Source: Choristocarpus tenellus KU-1152
Lineage: Eukaryota > Protista > Phaeophyceae
Assembly: GCA_964200185.2 (NCBI GenBank)
Contig: CAXNAD020000003.1
Span: 1 to 64,000 of the forward strand
Length of the DNA stretch: 64,000 nucleotides
Reading direction: 5' to 3'
How positions within the stretch are numbered: position 1 is the first letter of the stretch; every line of letters begins with the position of its first letter. This document shows, in pieces, positions 12,401 to 24,900 of this stretch. The notes under the pieces were generated by a model that did no database searches, was not told where the DNA came from, and worked only from the letters and a program-made list of their open reading frames with translations. Both the position numbers and the translations under genes were made by a program.

Positions 12401-15400
12401 TCCAAGTTTTTTTTTTACATCTACTGTTTTTATCTACTGTTTACATCTACTGTTTACATGTACTGTTTATATCTACTCTTTACATCTACTCTTTTTATCT
12501 ACTGGGAGTACCATCCTTCCATCTCATGTGCTAATGTATGTACCATCCTCTGTGACTTGAATAAACAGAGGTATTGAAAATGTGACAATCTCAGTACATG
12601 GTCATGATGACCTTGGTATGGCGGTGGCTAACTTCATGTCTGCCATTGAGGGGGGTGCTCGCCAGGTGATGTGTTTGTTGTGGCTGTTGCATTGTACTCT
12701 GTCATTGCATCACATTGTTGCATCATTGCCTAATGTAGCCAAATGTCAGAACAATTATTCAATGGGGAAGGGAAAGATTGCTACTTTGGGTGTAATGTTG
12801 GTTTTTAGTTGATTAATGTTGGTCTTTAGATGGTTGGTTGGAGTTACACTTGCATCATTTCCAGTTCTTATTTTTTTGCATTGCATTTTTATGTGATAAG
12901 TGATAAGTGATATGTGATATGTGATATGTGATACGTGATACGTGATATGTGATATGTGATACGTGATATGTGATATGTGATATGTGATATGTGATATGTG
13001 ATATGTGATACGTGATACGTGATACGTGATACGTGATAAGTGATAAGTGATGAGTGATATGTGATAGGTGATACGTGATACTGATAGAACTTGTGATGGT
13101 AATGGCAATATTGGTGATGTATCAGATGTATCAGATGTATCAGATGTATCAGTACTTGATTGGAACGGCGATGTCAATGCTGGGGTTGTCAGGGTTACGG
13201 TCGACATGGCTGATTGGGCACTTACGTTTCACCTTGTGATTCAAGCTGTAATGGTGATAGCAATGGTTATTGTATGATAGTAGACTGTTGCTATAGACAT
13301 GAATCGTGTACTTGCTATACGTATAATGGTTGAAATATAATTGTTTGCATTATGAGCTGATCAGTATTTTACTTATTTATTTCTATTGTTGATCGATCAA
13401 TATTAGCTTTAGTTTTATCTTCACCTCTTGAATGCTGGAATGATTACAATGTGTGTTAATAATAATTACATAATAATAGTTCTATAATAATAGTAATACT
13501 AGTCTCCTTTTTTGGCCTTGTGTCAAGGTGGAGTGCACCATTAATGGCATTGGCGAGAGGGCAGGCAATGCTGCTCTTGAGGAGATTGTCATGGCTCTTC
13601 ATGTTCGAAAGGTGATTAAAAACATTTGAAAACATTTGAAAACAGACTATTCGCTTTATAATCAAATTCGACTGAACCTAATTTATATCATGCAACTATA
13701 TCTGTACGGCATGTAGGTACGCTACCTGATATACTTCACCTCAAAAGTAGCTCAAATGTCAATCATAATCATAATCATAATCATAATCATAATCATAATC
13801 ATAATCATACTCATACTCATACTCATACTCATACTCATACTCATACTCATACTCATACTCATACTCATACTCATACTCATACTCATACTCGTAGTCATGC
13901 CAGTGCATGCAGAGGTCAGTGGTAGCGATGTTATGTAATCTGGGGTTTTTAAGATGGACTAGTGTCATGCGATATGATGTTATCCCTTGTAAACAAAATG
14001 TGACTGGTGTGACATGTTTTTGGTACCATCCATCCATCCATCCATCCACAGTAATGAGACAAGAAACACTCTCAATGCTCTAGGCATTGGTAGATTGATT
14101 AAGGCTATGTAATGTAGTACTGTGATATAATACTGTAATGCACTTGATTTTTGTGTACATGAGTATCTGTTAGTTTTAATTCAGTTTTAATTCACTATAT
14201 ATTTATTATATATTCAAGTTTTCAATTGGTACAACAGTACAATCAACACATGAACCATCATTTTTGGAGTGTAAGGTGATGAAGGAAAAGAGAGATGTGT
14301 ACCCTCTGAACCTGCATGAATAGATGTAGACTAAGTGCAACAGTTTGCTTTCAATGAGAACACCATGGATGTGCAGACAAGTGACTACTGTATTGGAAGG
14401 ACATTTTTTTGTAATTATTATTGTTGTCAATAGTAATAATAGTTAATAGTGGTATCCTGCAGGATGAGTAGTCACCAACTGACTTTTGTTTTGATTGAAG
14501 TAGTTAAGTAGATACAAACTGCCAGTTTGTTGAGGTACTATCAGTAGTAACTACTATTACATAATAGTAATAATAATAACAGTAATAGTAATGAAAATAT
14601 TTTTAGTGATAGTGGTGTGATGTTCATCGAAAAGATTGATAAATAAGAAAATACCCTGGCATCTTGTATGAAATATTATTATATGTAACCAACCCCTGTG
14701 ATTTGACTTGTTAGGTAGTAGTTAAGATTATGGACACAAGCCAAGATATTTTACAGATTTTTTTAAGTGTTGATTGTTTTACTGTTGTGTTGTTGTCATG
14801 TAACCACAACACACCTCACAAGGGTCAGGGTTCAGGTGGGAAGAATTGTAGAAGTGCAGGTGGATAGCCTTGGCCTCAGGGAGGTGCGCATATCTAAACT
14901 TGCACCTAAGGATAGGATTGTGTTGTACTCATTGAGGTACACCTTCACATAGTAAGGAGTGACCAACATTGTTCACCCACAAGATAAATTTATTCAAGAT
15001 AAATTTATTGATGTCGAGGGTATGCGGCAGCTGCCCCTGGTATAGGATCAGAGAGGCGCTTTCCATGTCTGGACAGTCTATCCTGAAGGGTATTGTAGAT
15101 TTGGGAGATGGTATCCCATGTGTGAACCAAAGATCCAGCCCCTCTTGGGTCTATCACATTTTCTTTTTGTTGGGTGTCATTTTGAAGCTGCACTTGGTGG
15201 AAAGTTGTAATCTTGCTGGCAGTAATCCGGAGGTGGTCATGCCTTTTTTATAAAAAGGCAGGCATTTTATTTTTATTTTAGTAGTGGTAAGAAGGCGGTA
15301 TTGAATTAATTTAGGAGGAAGAGGTGGTGTTTGAAGTGGGCTTGTGTAAATACAAGGGGCATGGATAATATAGTTTTAGGATATATGTGGAGTATTCTGT

Positions 15401-17410
15401 TTTTTTAATGAAGATTGTACCTATGGGGGGAGGGGGGTATATGTACAGCGATTGGCAATAAAGGCAGTGTGTATGGCAGTGTGTATGGCAGTGTGTATGT
15501 GAGCATGTAGGGAACTGGAGATGGACTTAGGAGGAGATCTGTTGATATCTTATTTTGGGGTAGGCTATGAAGCTTGAGATAAATGCATCCATGCCTATGG
15601 ACATTCATTTATTCATTCATTCATTCATTCCCTCAAAGCATTAGGAGTGCATATATCCTGTATGCATTGTGTCTACATTGTGTCTACATTGTTGACTGTC
15701 CCAATAATGTGATAGAGAGGGAGAGGGGTGTATTGATTCGTAACCTGATAACCTTTGGGACTGCATATGATTACATTACAGGTTCTATGAGGTGCCACCC
15801 ACCACCTAGGGCTCCAGCAGGTCCTCAGAAAGACAGTTGAAAAATCCTCTATGCAGTTATTTATGTAGTTATTTTTTATTTATAGTTGTGGGAAGCATGT
15901 GCAAGATAGAAATGAACCACATGCATTTACATGTAATGCTGATTGACACCCAAATGATGTGAGTTGCGCTAATTTCTATAGCATATTACTACACATTACT
16001 ATGTGTGTATGTGTGTATGTGTGTATGTGTGTATTATTATTTTTAGTCTTATTAGTCTTATTATGATTATTCTTGTTGTATGTGTTCACTTTGGTCTTCG
16101 GACTATCCTGACAAATGGTCAGAGGCACTCTTCACTACTGTTCCACTTCTCATGCTAAGTACTGACTAATTGCTGTCGCACTATGGGTAATTGTACTGTG
16201 TTTCCTCTGTGTTACCTCTGTGGCTTGCTTCTTGCCTATTAGGTTTAACAAATCCCATCGCCTATTGCTCTGTGTCTTACCTTGAATATTTTCCTTGACG
16301 TTCCTTGACATTACCATCTTGATCTTGTTCTGTCTTATTTTGTGGTGTAGTGACAGGTAGGATATATAATAGGTATAAATAAGTAGTAGGTATACAGTCT
16401 GTTGTGCTTGCCATGTGGAATAACATCATCAAAATCAGATTTGGTAGGAAAGAGGTCTGGCGTAGATTTGTTTCAAATATGTTACATTTGTTTCAAATCT
16501 GTTAAGTTCATGGTGGGAACAGCCTTGTTGACCCCTTTGTTTTGTTAGCCATGAGAACGCACCTGATAGCTGTGAGTCAGAAAACACACATAACAACCCC
16601 CTTGGTGCTCCTCTATGCCTCAATGTGGTAATGAAAAGTAACATTGAATTGTGATTCATCAATATCAATATCAATATCAATCGCAATAGCAATAGCAAGA
16701 GCAATATAGCAGCTAATGAAACACATGCGGACTAGTGTGTGTGGTTAACCTTGTAGGATGGCAGTAGTGTAGTATAGCTTGGTTGAGGTGTACCCCATAC
16801 TGGTGTCCTTGTTCAACTTTAAACCATTCATAGCAGCAGGACAATATCAAGGCTAGGATAGTGCCACCATGGATCATTGTGTGTGTCAGTGGTTGAGTCA
16901 CTGGCTGGTTTGAACCTTTTTAAAATTATCAACCATCATCACCCTCTATGAACACTTCATTACAGTCAAAAACTTGACTCATAAGATAACTTGACTTGAC
17001 TTAGTTGAGTTGTGAGTAGATGTGTGACAGTACTTGGCAAGATTGATTTGCATGCCTTTGCATATATATTATTTCAGCATTGTCAGTTGACAAGTAGGAA
17101 TTGTAATTGTCATCATGTATCTTTGCACCTAATTAGTTCAGATCAGATTGAATCTCCTTGCACACCCAGACATTTTCTTGAAAACTGTTGCTATTAGTAG
17201 AACTACCACCATGCATCCACAACCTTAAACTACTGAATATTGCCAATGCTTCTCTTCCTTCCTCTCCCAGTTGACAGTTCCTATTGAACACCATCTATTT
17301 CTTACATTACTATCTATATATGACTTTTACTTTGCTGTCATGAGAATTTTTTGATTTTTTTCAACAATCCTGGAAACTTGACCTCAACATGAAATGGTAT
17401 TTGTCTTGCT

Positions 17411-17487
<77 letters not shown>

Positions 17488-17493
17488 GTGTGT

Positions 17494-17542
<49 letters not shown>

Positions 17543-20034
17543 TCTGTTACAGGGCTACTACAACCCCTCTTTTGGGCGTCCAGTTGAGTCAGAGTCACCC
17601 CTGACCAACATCAACACAGTGGAGATCTTCAAATCATCTCGATTGGTCTCGTCCATGACTGGAATGACAGTTCAGGCTAACAAGGCTATTGTTGGCGCCA
17701 ATGCCTTTGCACATGAATCAGGCATCCATCAGGTAACATCAATACTCTACTCTCTCCCAGTATAATGTGAAATATGCTTCAGAGCATGTTTGGTGTTGTG
17801 ATGCCATTAATATTGGAATTACCAAGCCAAGTCAAGCAGGACTTTTAAAATTTTTAAATCCACCGACCAGACTGCTTCTGGGAGCAGAGAGAAGTGGAGT
17901 GGTGTCTTGTTATGCATACGCCTTTGATCTGTTGAAGGTGGCCATCATAGTATCACAGTTTTTGTCAATTGGGTTGTGTGAGTGTTGGCCTTCTTACAGC
18001 TCAGAAATATTGGTTTATTTTTGGTCAATGTCGAATGTAACTGAATCATACCAACAGGGAGGTATATGCTACAGTTACAATATTGCACTAATCCCTAGAA
18101 CTGACCAACACACACCATTTGTATGTTTTGATCAAGTCCTCTTTCCTTTCTTCTGCAGTGACTGACACCTATGTTGTGAGGGCCTTGTGTTGCACATGTA
18201 TAAGATAAAAAAAATGAAAATATATCTTGAAAAAAGGTCAATGTGTGTGTATCTACCTCTCAGTTAATGTGATTTACTAGAAGGAGAACAATAATTTAAC
18301 TGTTCTGAAAGTGTACATTGTATAAGTTGAGCGTTAGTGTTGTCAATTTTTGACTATTGTATTAATAACAGGTGTTGTTTGTCCTCTTCTACTACTGTGA
18401 TACATAGTATTGTTATTGATGGTACAGATTGAGATCTCCACAATCACGCCAATTGTTTATGAAATCCTCTGGGTCTGACTTCCTACGGTACTCAGTTGGG
18501 ATAGCTGTAAGCACCAAGTATGAGCACCAACTAGAATCACACAAGAGTGTAATATTGATAGTAATGGTACTGATGGAAGTACCATCTTGGTCTGTGTCTT
18601 CCTTAAGTGTGTTTATAGTCTGTTGAATGCCTGACTGCATTTGTGGCATTTGTGGCATTTGTTTGCCTTGTTTTAGTAACTCAATTTTATAACAAGTGTT
18701 GTTTGATAAATTAATCACTACTTGTAGTTAGTTGTTGGTGCTGTTGTGTGCCTTGACATATTTCCTTTCCTCTGTTTACCTTTTATTCCAAGGATGGAGT
18801 GCTCAAGAATAAGGAAACCTATGAAATTATGGATGCTGAGTTGGTGGGTATCTTCCAAGACACATCCCTGGTACTGGGGAAACACTCTGGTCGACATGCC
18901 TTTCGCTCACGCCTTCAGGTACACTACAATATCCGTCACACAGAAATGTATCACTGTACCACAATGCACTTTGCCTCACTCTACTCTTAAAGGACCTTAC
19001 CATCTTTAATTGGGGTATTATTGTCCCAATGAACTTACTGAATCTAGGATAAGAGTATATTGATATTATGGTGTGCTGACAAGATAGGGATGTGTCACTA
19101 ATATTCCATGTTGAGAATGTAGTAGATCCGACTTGTTTATAGTAGATCAGTAGAGCATGCCTCTAAATTTCCATTTGTAGTATTGACAGTGTTGTGGAAA
19201 TTGATAAGTAGCCTCTACTGGTAGTCACATGTCAAATGGGTTCAAGTGCAATGTTGGACAGGATAAACCTATTTTGGGACTTGATTCCACCAGACGGGTC
19301 TATTTATTGTACATGGTTAACTTGTTTCCCTGGTGTTGACTCATTGGTAGAGCTGTGTCCTTGAATACTCCCAACAGTAAGGCAGTCCTTGGTCCATCAC
19401 TGACGATGCTGCTGTTGTATTCTGGCCCTTTTAAAAACCTTGTCAATGTTCATCTTTGTGGATTCTCATCTATACATTTTTATTTTTGTTACGTTTCACC
19501 TTTGTTGAATCCTGTTTCTTTTTCTCAATGTACTAATGTAAGGTGATCCATTCCCAGTCTTTGTTATCTGCAAATAGTCTGTAGTGGTGCCTCCATGCCC
19601 TGTCTGACCTGTTGCTACTTCTGCTGACATGGTGTTGGTAGTAATCACAGAGATATCATACTAAAAATCCACTCTATTAATGGCAGCATCATCATCATCC
19701 CTGTCAAACAAGGCTGTATCGTGTAGACAACCATGTCTTGTGCAATATGACCTATGAATTGTGTCTTGCTGTACTCTTGTTTTTGGTGTACATGTCAGGA
19801 CTTGGGGTACATTGTCAATGAAGATGAACTGCAGAGGGCCTTCCTCCGTTTTAAGGAGCTTGCAGACAAAAAAAAGGATATCACAGTCAAGGACCTAGAG
19901 TCCGTTGTAAATGATGAGATTAGAGAACTGCAGCAGCGATATCAGCTTGTTGGGGTACAGGTGACAATTACCGCAATTTATTTAATTTTCATTGTTATTG
20001 TTGTTATTGTTAATTGTTATTATTATTGTTATTA

Positions 20035-20069
<35 letters not shown>

Positions 20070-21975
20070 GTTATTAGATTTTATGGTTGCTAGTAGTAAC
20101 AATAAGTACACATTTCCCATGGCATACAATAACCCGGTAGTTCTATTCTATCTGTAATGACTGGATATTAGAGGTACTATATATATATATATATTTATAT
20201 TTATATTTATATATATTTTTTGTTGATGCGCTTACTTTGTCCTGAGTACTGAATGCACCTCACAGATGACTCACAGAATTGATTTCTGTGTAAGCAGTTA
20301 ATCCATTTGTTCCTCAGCTGTATTCTAACATAGTCTGAGTTGTGGCATTTATTTTTCCCCAATTTGGCTTGTTTTTTAAAGAATAAGAGTCAGTGTTCTA
20401 ACAGTTCTAACAGTTCTAACAGTTTGTCCCTTTGCTGTACATTGGTTACTGTGTTTGTATTGATTGCTATTAATGCAAGACAACAATAGTCAAGCGTGTA
20501 GTACCTTTTGCTATCCATCCTGCAACACCCATTTTTGCTCATTCTCTGCCTTGACTCCTAGGTTCTAGTTGATTGTCATGATATCAGCACCCATCAATAG
20601 TCCTCAAACAGGATGGTAGGATGGTATTAACCTAGTTATTTTGTGATAGAGATCAAGAATATTGCGAGTATGGGATTGGCTGGTATTGGTGTTCAATATA
20701 GATAATGTTGATATTCAATGTAGATAATGTTGATATTCAATGTAGATAATGTTGATATTCAATGTAGATAATGTTGATATTCAATATATATCATGTTGGT
20801 GTTGGACCGTACCAAGTGAACTGCAGTACTTGAGCCACACTCAGCTGTCTATTCAAAGTAATTTCGTCCTCACATCCCTTCCATCAGCAGTCTCCACACA
20901 AAGGCGTGTACAGTATGCCAAGACTTATTTTGGTAGCACAATCTTTTCATTCCACATTTTCGTGACTCTGATGCTGTATCATCAACAGTACTTTGTATTC
21001 TTGCTGCAATATGCACTGTTTACACTAGAAATAGTAATCATATCAAAGTAATGTTTGTATGGCAATATGGTGTCTGGTGTCATGTGATAGGTTCTGGCAG
21101 GTACCAACAACAAACCAACTGCAACTGCCACTATATACGATACCTGCACAGCACAAGAGGCCACTGTAGCCTCCATTGGAACAGGCCCAGTAGATGCAGC
21201 CTATAAAGCAATCGATAGTCTTGTAGGCACACAAGGGATCAAGCTACTGGAGTACTCTGTCGCCAGGTTTGTGCTATGCTATTTCATACAAAGGCAGTAC
21301 ACAGAGCAGAATTGGAATTGGGAGGTATTTTGTACTTTGTTCATAGTATGTTGTTTGTGTTTAGCGCAAATTACTCTGTTCAGTGGTTTAAGAGCATTTT
21401 GTTGAGTAGTTGTGTTTACTTATGTGTGTGTATTTTGTTGAGGTACTAGCTCTAATACTAAGGTACTATGTAAGTACAAGGTACAAGGTAGGATACTATA
21501 TAAATAAATATGGGAAACTGGATGGTATAATATGGTATAATCCATTTGAGGGGAGTGGATAAGTTCATGAACTATGGTTGGACATACTGCTCTGTGCACA
21601 CCTTGATATGCCACAAACTTCTACCTCATCCCTTAACCTATTTACATTAATTAGTTAACCTATTTACATTGGTTTTGCATATATTAATTGTCACCCCTGC
21701 ACTGAAAATACTACCATATCGTAACTGCTATGCAATGATGCTATACAATGATGCTATACAATGATAATGGTGACAGTGTGACAGCTGGCATTGACGCCCT
21801 GGGGGAGGTGACAGTTCGAGTAGAGGATGAATCCTCTGGAAGGGTGTTCTTTGGGAGGGCTGCAGATACGGACATCATTCATGCCTCAACTGAGGCTTAC
21901 TTAAGTGCTGTTAACAGGCTCAGTTCTGCAAGGGGAGATCCTGACAAGAAACATCCCCAGAAGGATATCCTTTAG
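3437..21975 (+). CDS. leuA: 2-isopropylmalate synthase, plastid-targeted (~641 aa, 15 exons)
   Basis: Exons 3437-3526, 3732-3945, 4399-4499, 5124-5201, 8776-8865, 9812-9916, 10354-10461, 11481-11596, 12569-12665, 13528-13611, 17553-17732, 18793-18918, 19799-19960, 21091-21266 and 21777-21975 are all GT-AG and phase-consistent (1926 nt). Motifs: [60 protein letters not shown], plus the C-terminal regulatory domain ([17 protein letters not shown]). N-terminal signal peptide followed by 'EVAFVGP'. Confidence 0.96.
6409..6590. repeat. Direct duplication plus 16-bp tandem array (ATCAATTATTA[A/C]TCAA)n
   Basis: AATATGTGTTTGGACATAGTATTATTACTCAAATC occurs twice, followed by about 6 units of the 16-mer. 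Confidence 0.85.
7110..7170 (+). repeat. Interstitial telomeric repeat (TTAGGG)9 in leuA intron 4
   Basis: Nine perfect TTAGGG units at 7115-7168, preceded by TTAGG. Confidence 0.95.
7974..8200. repeat. Degenerate (TAT/CAT/TGT)n trinucleotide tract
   Basis: Low-complexity tract that produces spurious poly-N/D and poly-Y/C/H ORFs. Confidence 0.9.
9338..9536. repeat. Tandem 11-mer (GTGTGAAGCAT)x5 and 23-mer (CACTGGTTAGAGATGTACTTGTA)x3
   Basis: Directly visible in leuA intron 5. Confidence 0.9.
9933..9995. repeat. Tandem 11-mer (AGTGATTGCTT)n
   Basis: About 5 units just downstream of the leuA exon 6 donor. Confidence 0.9.
10520..10728. repeat. 20-bp minisatellite (ATGTCATGATTTGATGGTAT)x~10
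   Basis: Directly visible in leuA intron 7. Confidence 0.95.
12890..13080. repeat. 7-bp satellite (GTGATA[T/C/A])n
   Basis: Directly visible in leuA intron 9. Confidence 0.95.
13762..13890. repeat. Compound hexamer microsatellite (ATCATA)n(CTCATA)n
   Basis: Directly visible; explains the poly-I/L and YE/YD ORFs. Confidence 0.95.
17412..17538. repeat. (TGTATG)n/(TG)n microsatellite abutting the leuA exon 11 acceptor
   Basis: Directly visible; ends about 14 nt before the exon start at 17553. Confidence 0.95.
20690..20787. repeat. 21-bp tandem repeat (TGTAGATAATGTTGATATTCAA-like) x~4
   Basis: Directly visible in leuA intron 13. Confidence 0.85.
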
Positions 21976-24900
21976 AACATAGTTTAATCCCCAAAACTCT
22001 GCTATATGTTGCAATTGATAGAGTGGTATATATCACTTCATGTCAATACAGGCTATCTTTCATGCCATGTTTGTAGAGTAGGTCACAGGGGTTGTAGAAG
22101 TATCGTGATTGGAGTTTTCAATAGCATTCTGCAAGGTTGACCTCATTCACATGGCGTATTGTAGATGTGGGTTTTAACTGCTTACTTGCTTTGATCTTCT
22201 TCTATCTGACATTAGTTTTTCCTCAAGTCGTATTCATTGTTGCAGGTCTCTCCTCCTTTGTCACTATGTGTGGGGAAGGCTTAAGAAAATCTTGATGGAG
22301 TGTGTAGGTTTAGCAACAGCAACAGTACTTGTTTTTTTCTGTCAGTTGATGGACACTTAATTTGACTTGATTTTACTTAATTTGCTAAACTGCTTCAAGG
22401 AAACCCATCACCCACTGGGATCCAATTGGGGTAGTCGAGAACATCATGTTGGGCAACCTAAACCATGAGCAGCACAAATGTTAAACTTTTTTTTGGTTTA
22501 AGGGTGAACCAAAGAGGAATGCTCACTGACAGTATACGTTTCCCTTGTTTCCTGCCTGGGAAGTGGAATCACAACATTTCATCCCTATCAAGTGACTGGT
22601 AAGTATCTTGTTTTACATTGATCATTGTGGCCATGCTTGTCACTGAGCCTGTTTACAGTCTGTGATGTATTGGGTCTTCAGTCATTGCTGACGATATGTA
22701 TGCACTCGAAGTATGCTAGACATATGTACTGTTAGTAGTGTTGGTAGTATTCACATTAACAGGATTGATTTATTTCATTTGGTACTGTCATGTGGATTGT
22801 GAAGAAAATACATGTAACTCAAGTAGGATATACCTGAGTACAATTTTTGTTGAGTTGGGGAAGTTGTGTTGAATGTCTTCATTGTGTACTCACCAAAGAC
22901 ATTCCAGATCATCTGCGTTTAATCTGCAGATACTGCTCCACTACTCAGAGCGATACCTGGCAAGTGAGACTTGATCCTATTCTTTATATGTGTATGTGCA
23001 AAATACTTACAGCGAGTCTCAGGGGCTATAGCAAGAACACTCTATGTATATATATACTACAATGGTTTTATGTCATTCGTCAATGCTATCATCAAATGTT
23101 GCCACTCTTATTGCACTAATAATAATATTGATCTATTTTTTATGTTGTCAGTAGTACAACCCAATAACAATATTAGTAGTAGGAGTAGTAACAGTATATA
23201 GCACAAATAGCACCATTTACAGTATGAAAACTGGTTGAAGTTACCATGACCAGCAGGTGCCACCGTTTTGAAGTTAGTTACCACTGAGTTTTAGTGATTG
23301 AAGTTGTTGAAGATGATGCCGACAGACAACCAATAAAGTGTTCATCAATTTACAACACAGAAGTGAAAGAAGATACCCTCTATTAGTAGGTACACAATTA
23401 TTCAAAATATACACTTCCTGTGGTGTTGAAAATAGGTATCTTACTTCAGGACCTTTTGTTCTTAATTGAAGATAGTATAATTATTTAGTCCATTGAACTA
23501 TATATACAATAGCTGAGAGTGAGAGTGCATCTCTCCTGAAAATAAGAGTAAGTGATTGATCTGTCAAGATACTTGGCACATGCAGTAGGGGCAGTTGTCA
23601 TTTCAACTCTTCCTTGTGTAGGTGGGTTGTACACCATGAGGGTATCGGCACCCTGTAACAAGTTGTGTTTCTGCATTTACTTAGTGTAACTTTGTCCCCC
23701 CCCCCTCATATTAACATCAAATTTGTCGCTTCATTCACAATGGATTTGGCTAAATATAAACATATAGTTTAAGCTCATAGTATAGAGGAGTAATGTTAAT
23801 AGTGTATGATCGTGATAATGAACTGTACGCATTGATAAATAAAATAAAATACTGAGGAATAGATATACATACACGAAAATCCTTCCAAATACAGCCATAC
23901 TCCACCCATAATAAGGGTGCTCAATCTGAATAAATTTCAAAGTAGAGAAAGCACTTTCTTAGGGTATAGCGATGCAAACCAACACAATACATACAACCAA
24001 GTACACTAATGGGAGTCTAAAGTGCCATTGGAGTGTGCTATTTGTAGCACTCTCTATGCAGATATAATTTGTAAGTATTTTTGAGGGGCATTATATTATT
24101 GTCAATGCTAATTTGTAGCCAACTTTGGCACTAAGGACTGCATATTACAGTCCATGTGTACAAACTACGTAAGATATATTTCAATTATGTGTCCAATAGT
24201 ATTTTGCACATGTCATAGTTTGGAAAGAAAAGGGGCAACCTGCACAGGAGACAAGCAATACAACACATTGACAGATTGAACAACGGACATCATCCCCTCA
24301 TCGCCTCTTTCAACCACAATTTCAACTCACAGAGTCAATCGTCTAGATACTGTGAGCCTATAATCCCTATCAACCACTTGTAAACATGGCTAGGTCACAG
24401 TCGTACATTCAAAACACATCCTGGGATTCATTCTACTCACCCCATACTGATGGTCATGCAACTTCAACCTACCTCAACCACTTATCCCATACAAAATTAT
24501 TTTGTAACAAAGAGGGTCAACCCACCTATGTACAACTTATGTACCTGAGGATTGAATTGATAAACAGCAGGAAGTAGAGCTTGAGGGGCAAGGGAAGAAT
24601 CTCATAAATACGCTACATAATACACTTAACACAAATTGATGTATACTATCAACAGACATACAAAAAAATTGGGCAGGTTATCACTGGAGAGGTAGACTTC
24701 TCCCTGATACACACCTTTGAACATGTATTCACAGTTTCATGGGATAAGGTATTAGCAGTGGCAATAGTGATGCATTTACTTGCAACTCCGGAAGATCAGA
24801 TTGCACAACTCTGTCATGTGTATGGCAGCCCACAATGGTGGCAGTAACAGCAGATGTAACAGTGGCTCGTTCATGACTTTCAGCACCATATTCAACTTTC

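Noticed and set aside
14800-15260. Coding-like GC-richer patch in leuA intron 10
   Set aside because: Short ORFs with no recognisable motif; probably a TE relic, but unclassifiable by eye.
13756-17604. ORFs with IL, YE/YD, VY, VC and HT/HI repeats
   Set aside because: Microsatellite artefacts; only 17553-17732 is a real exon.
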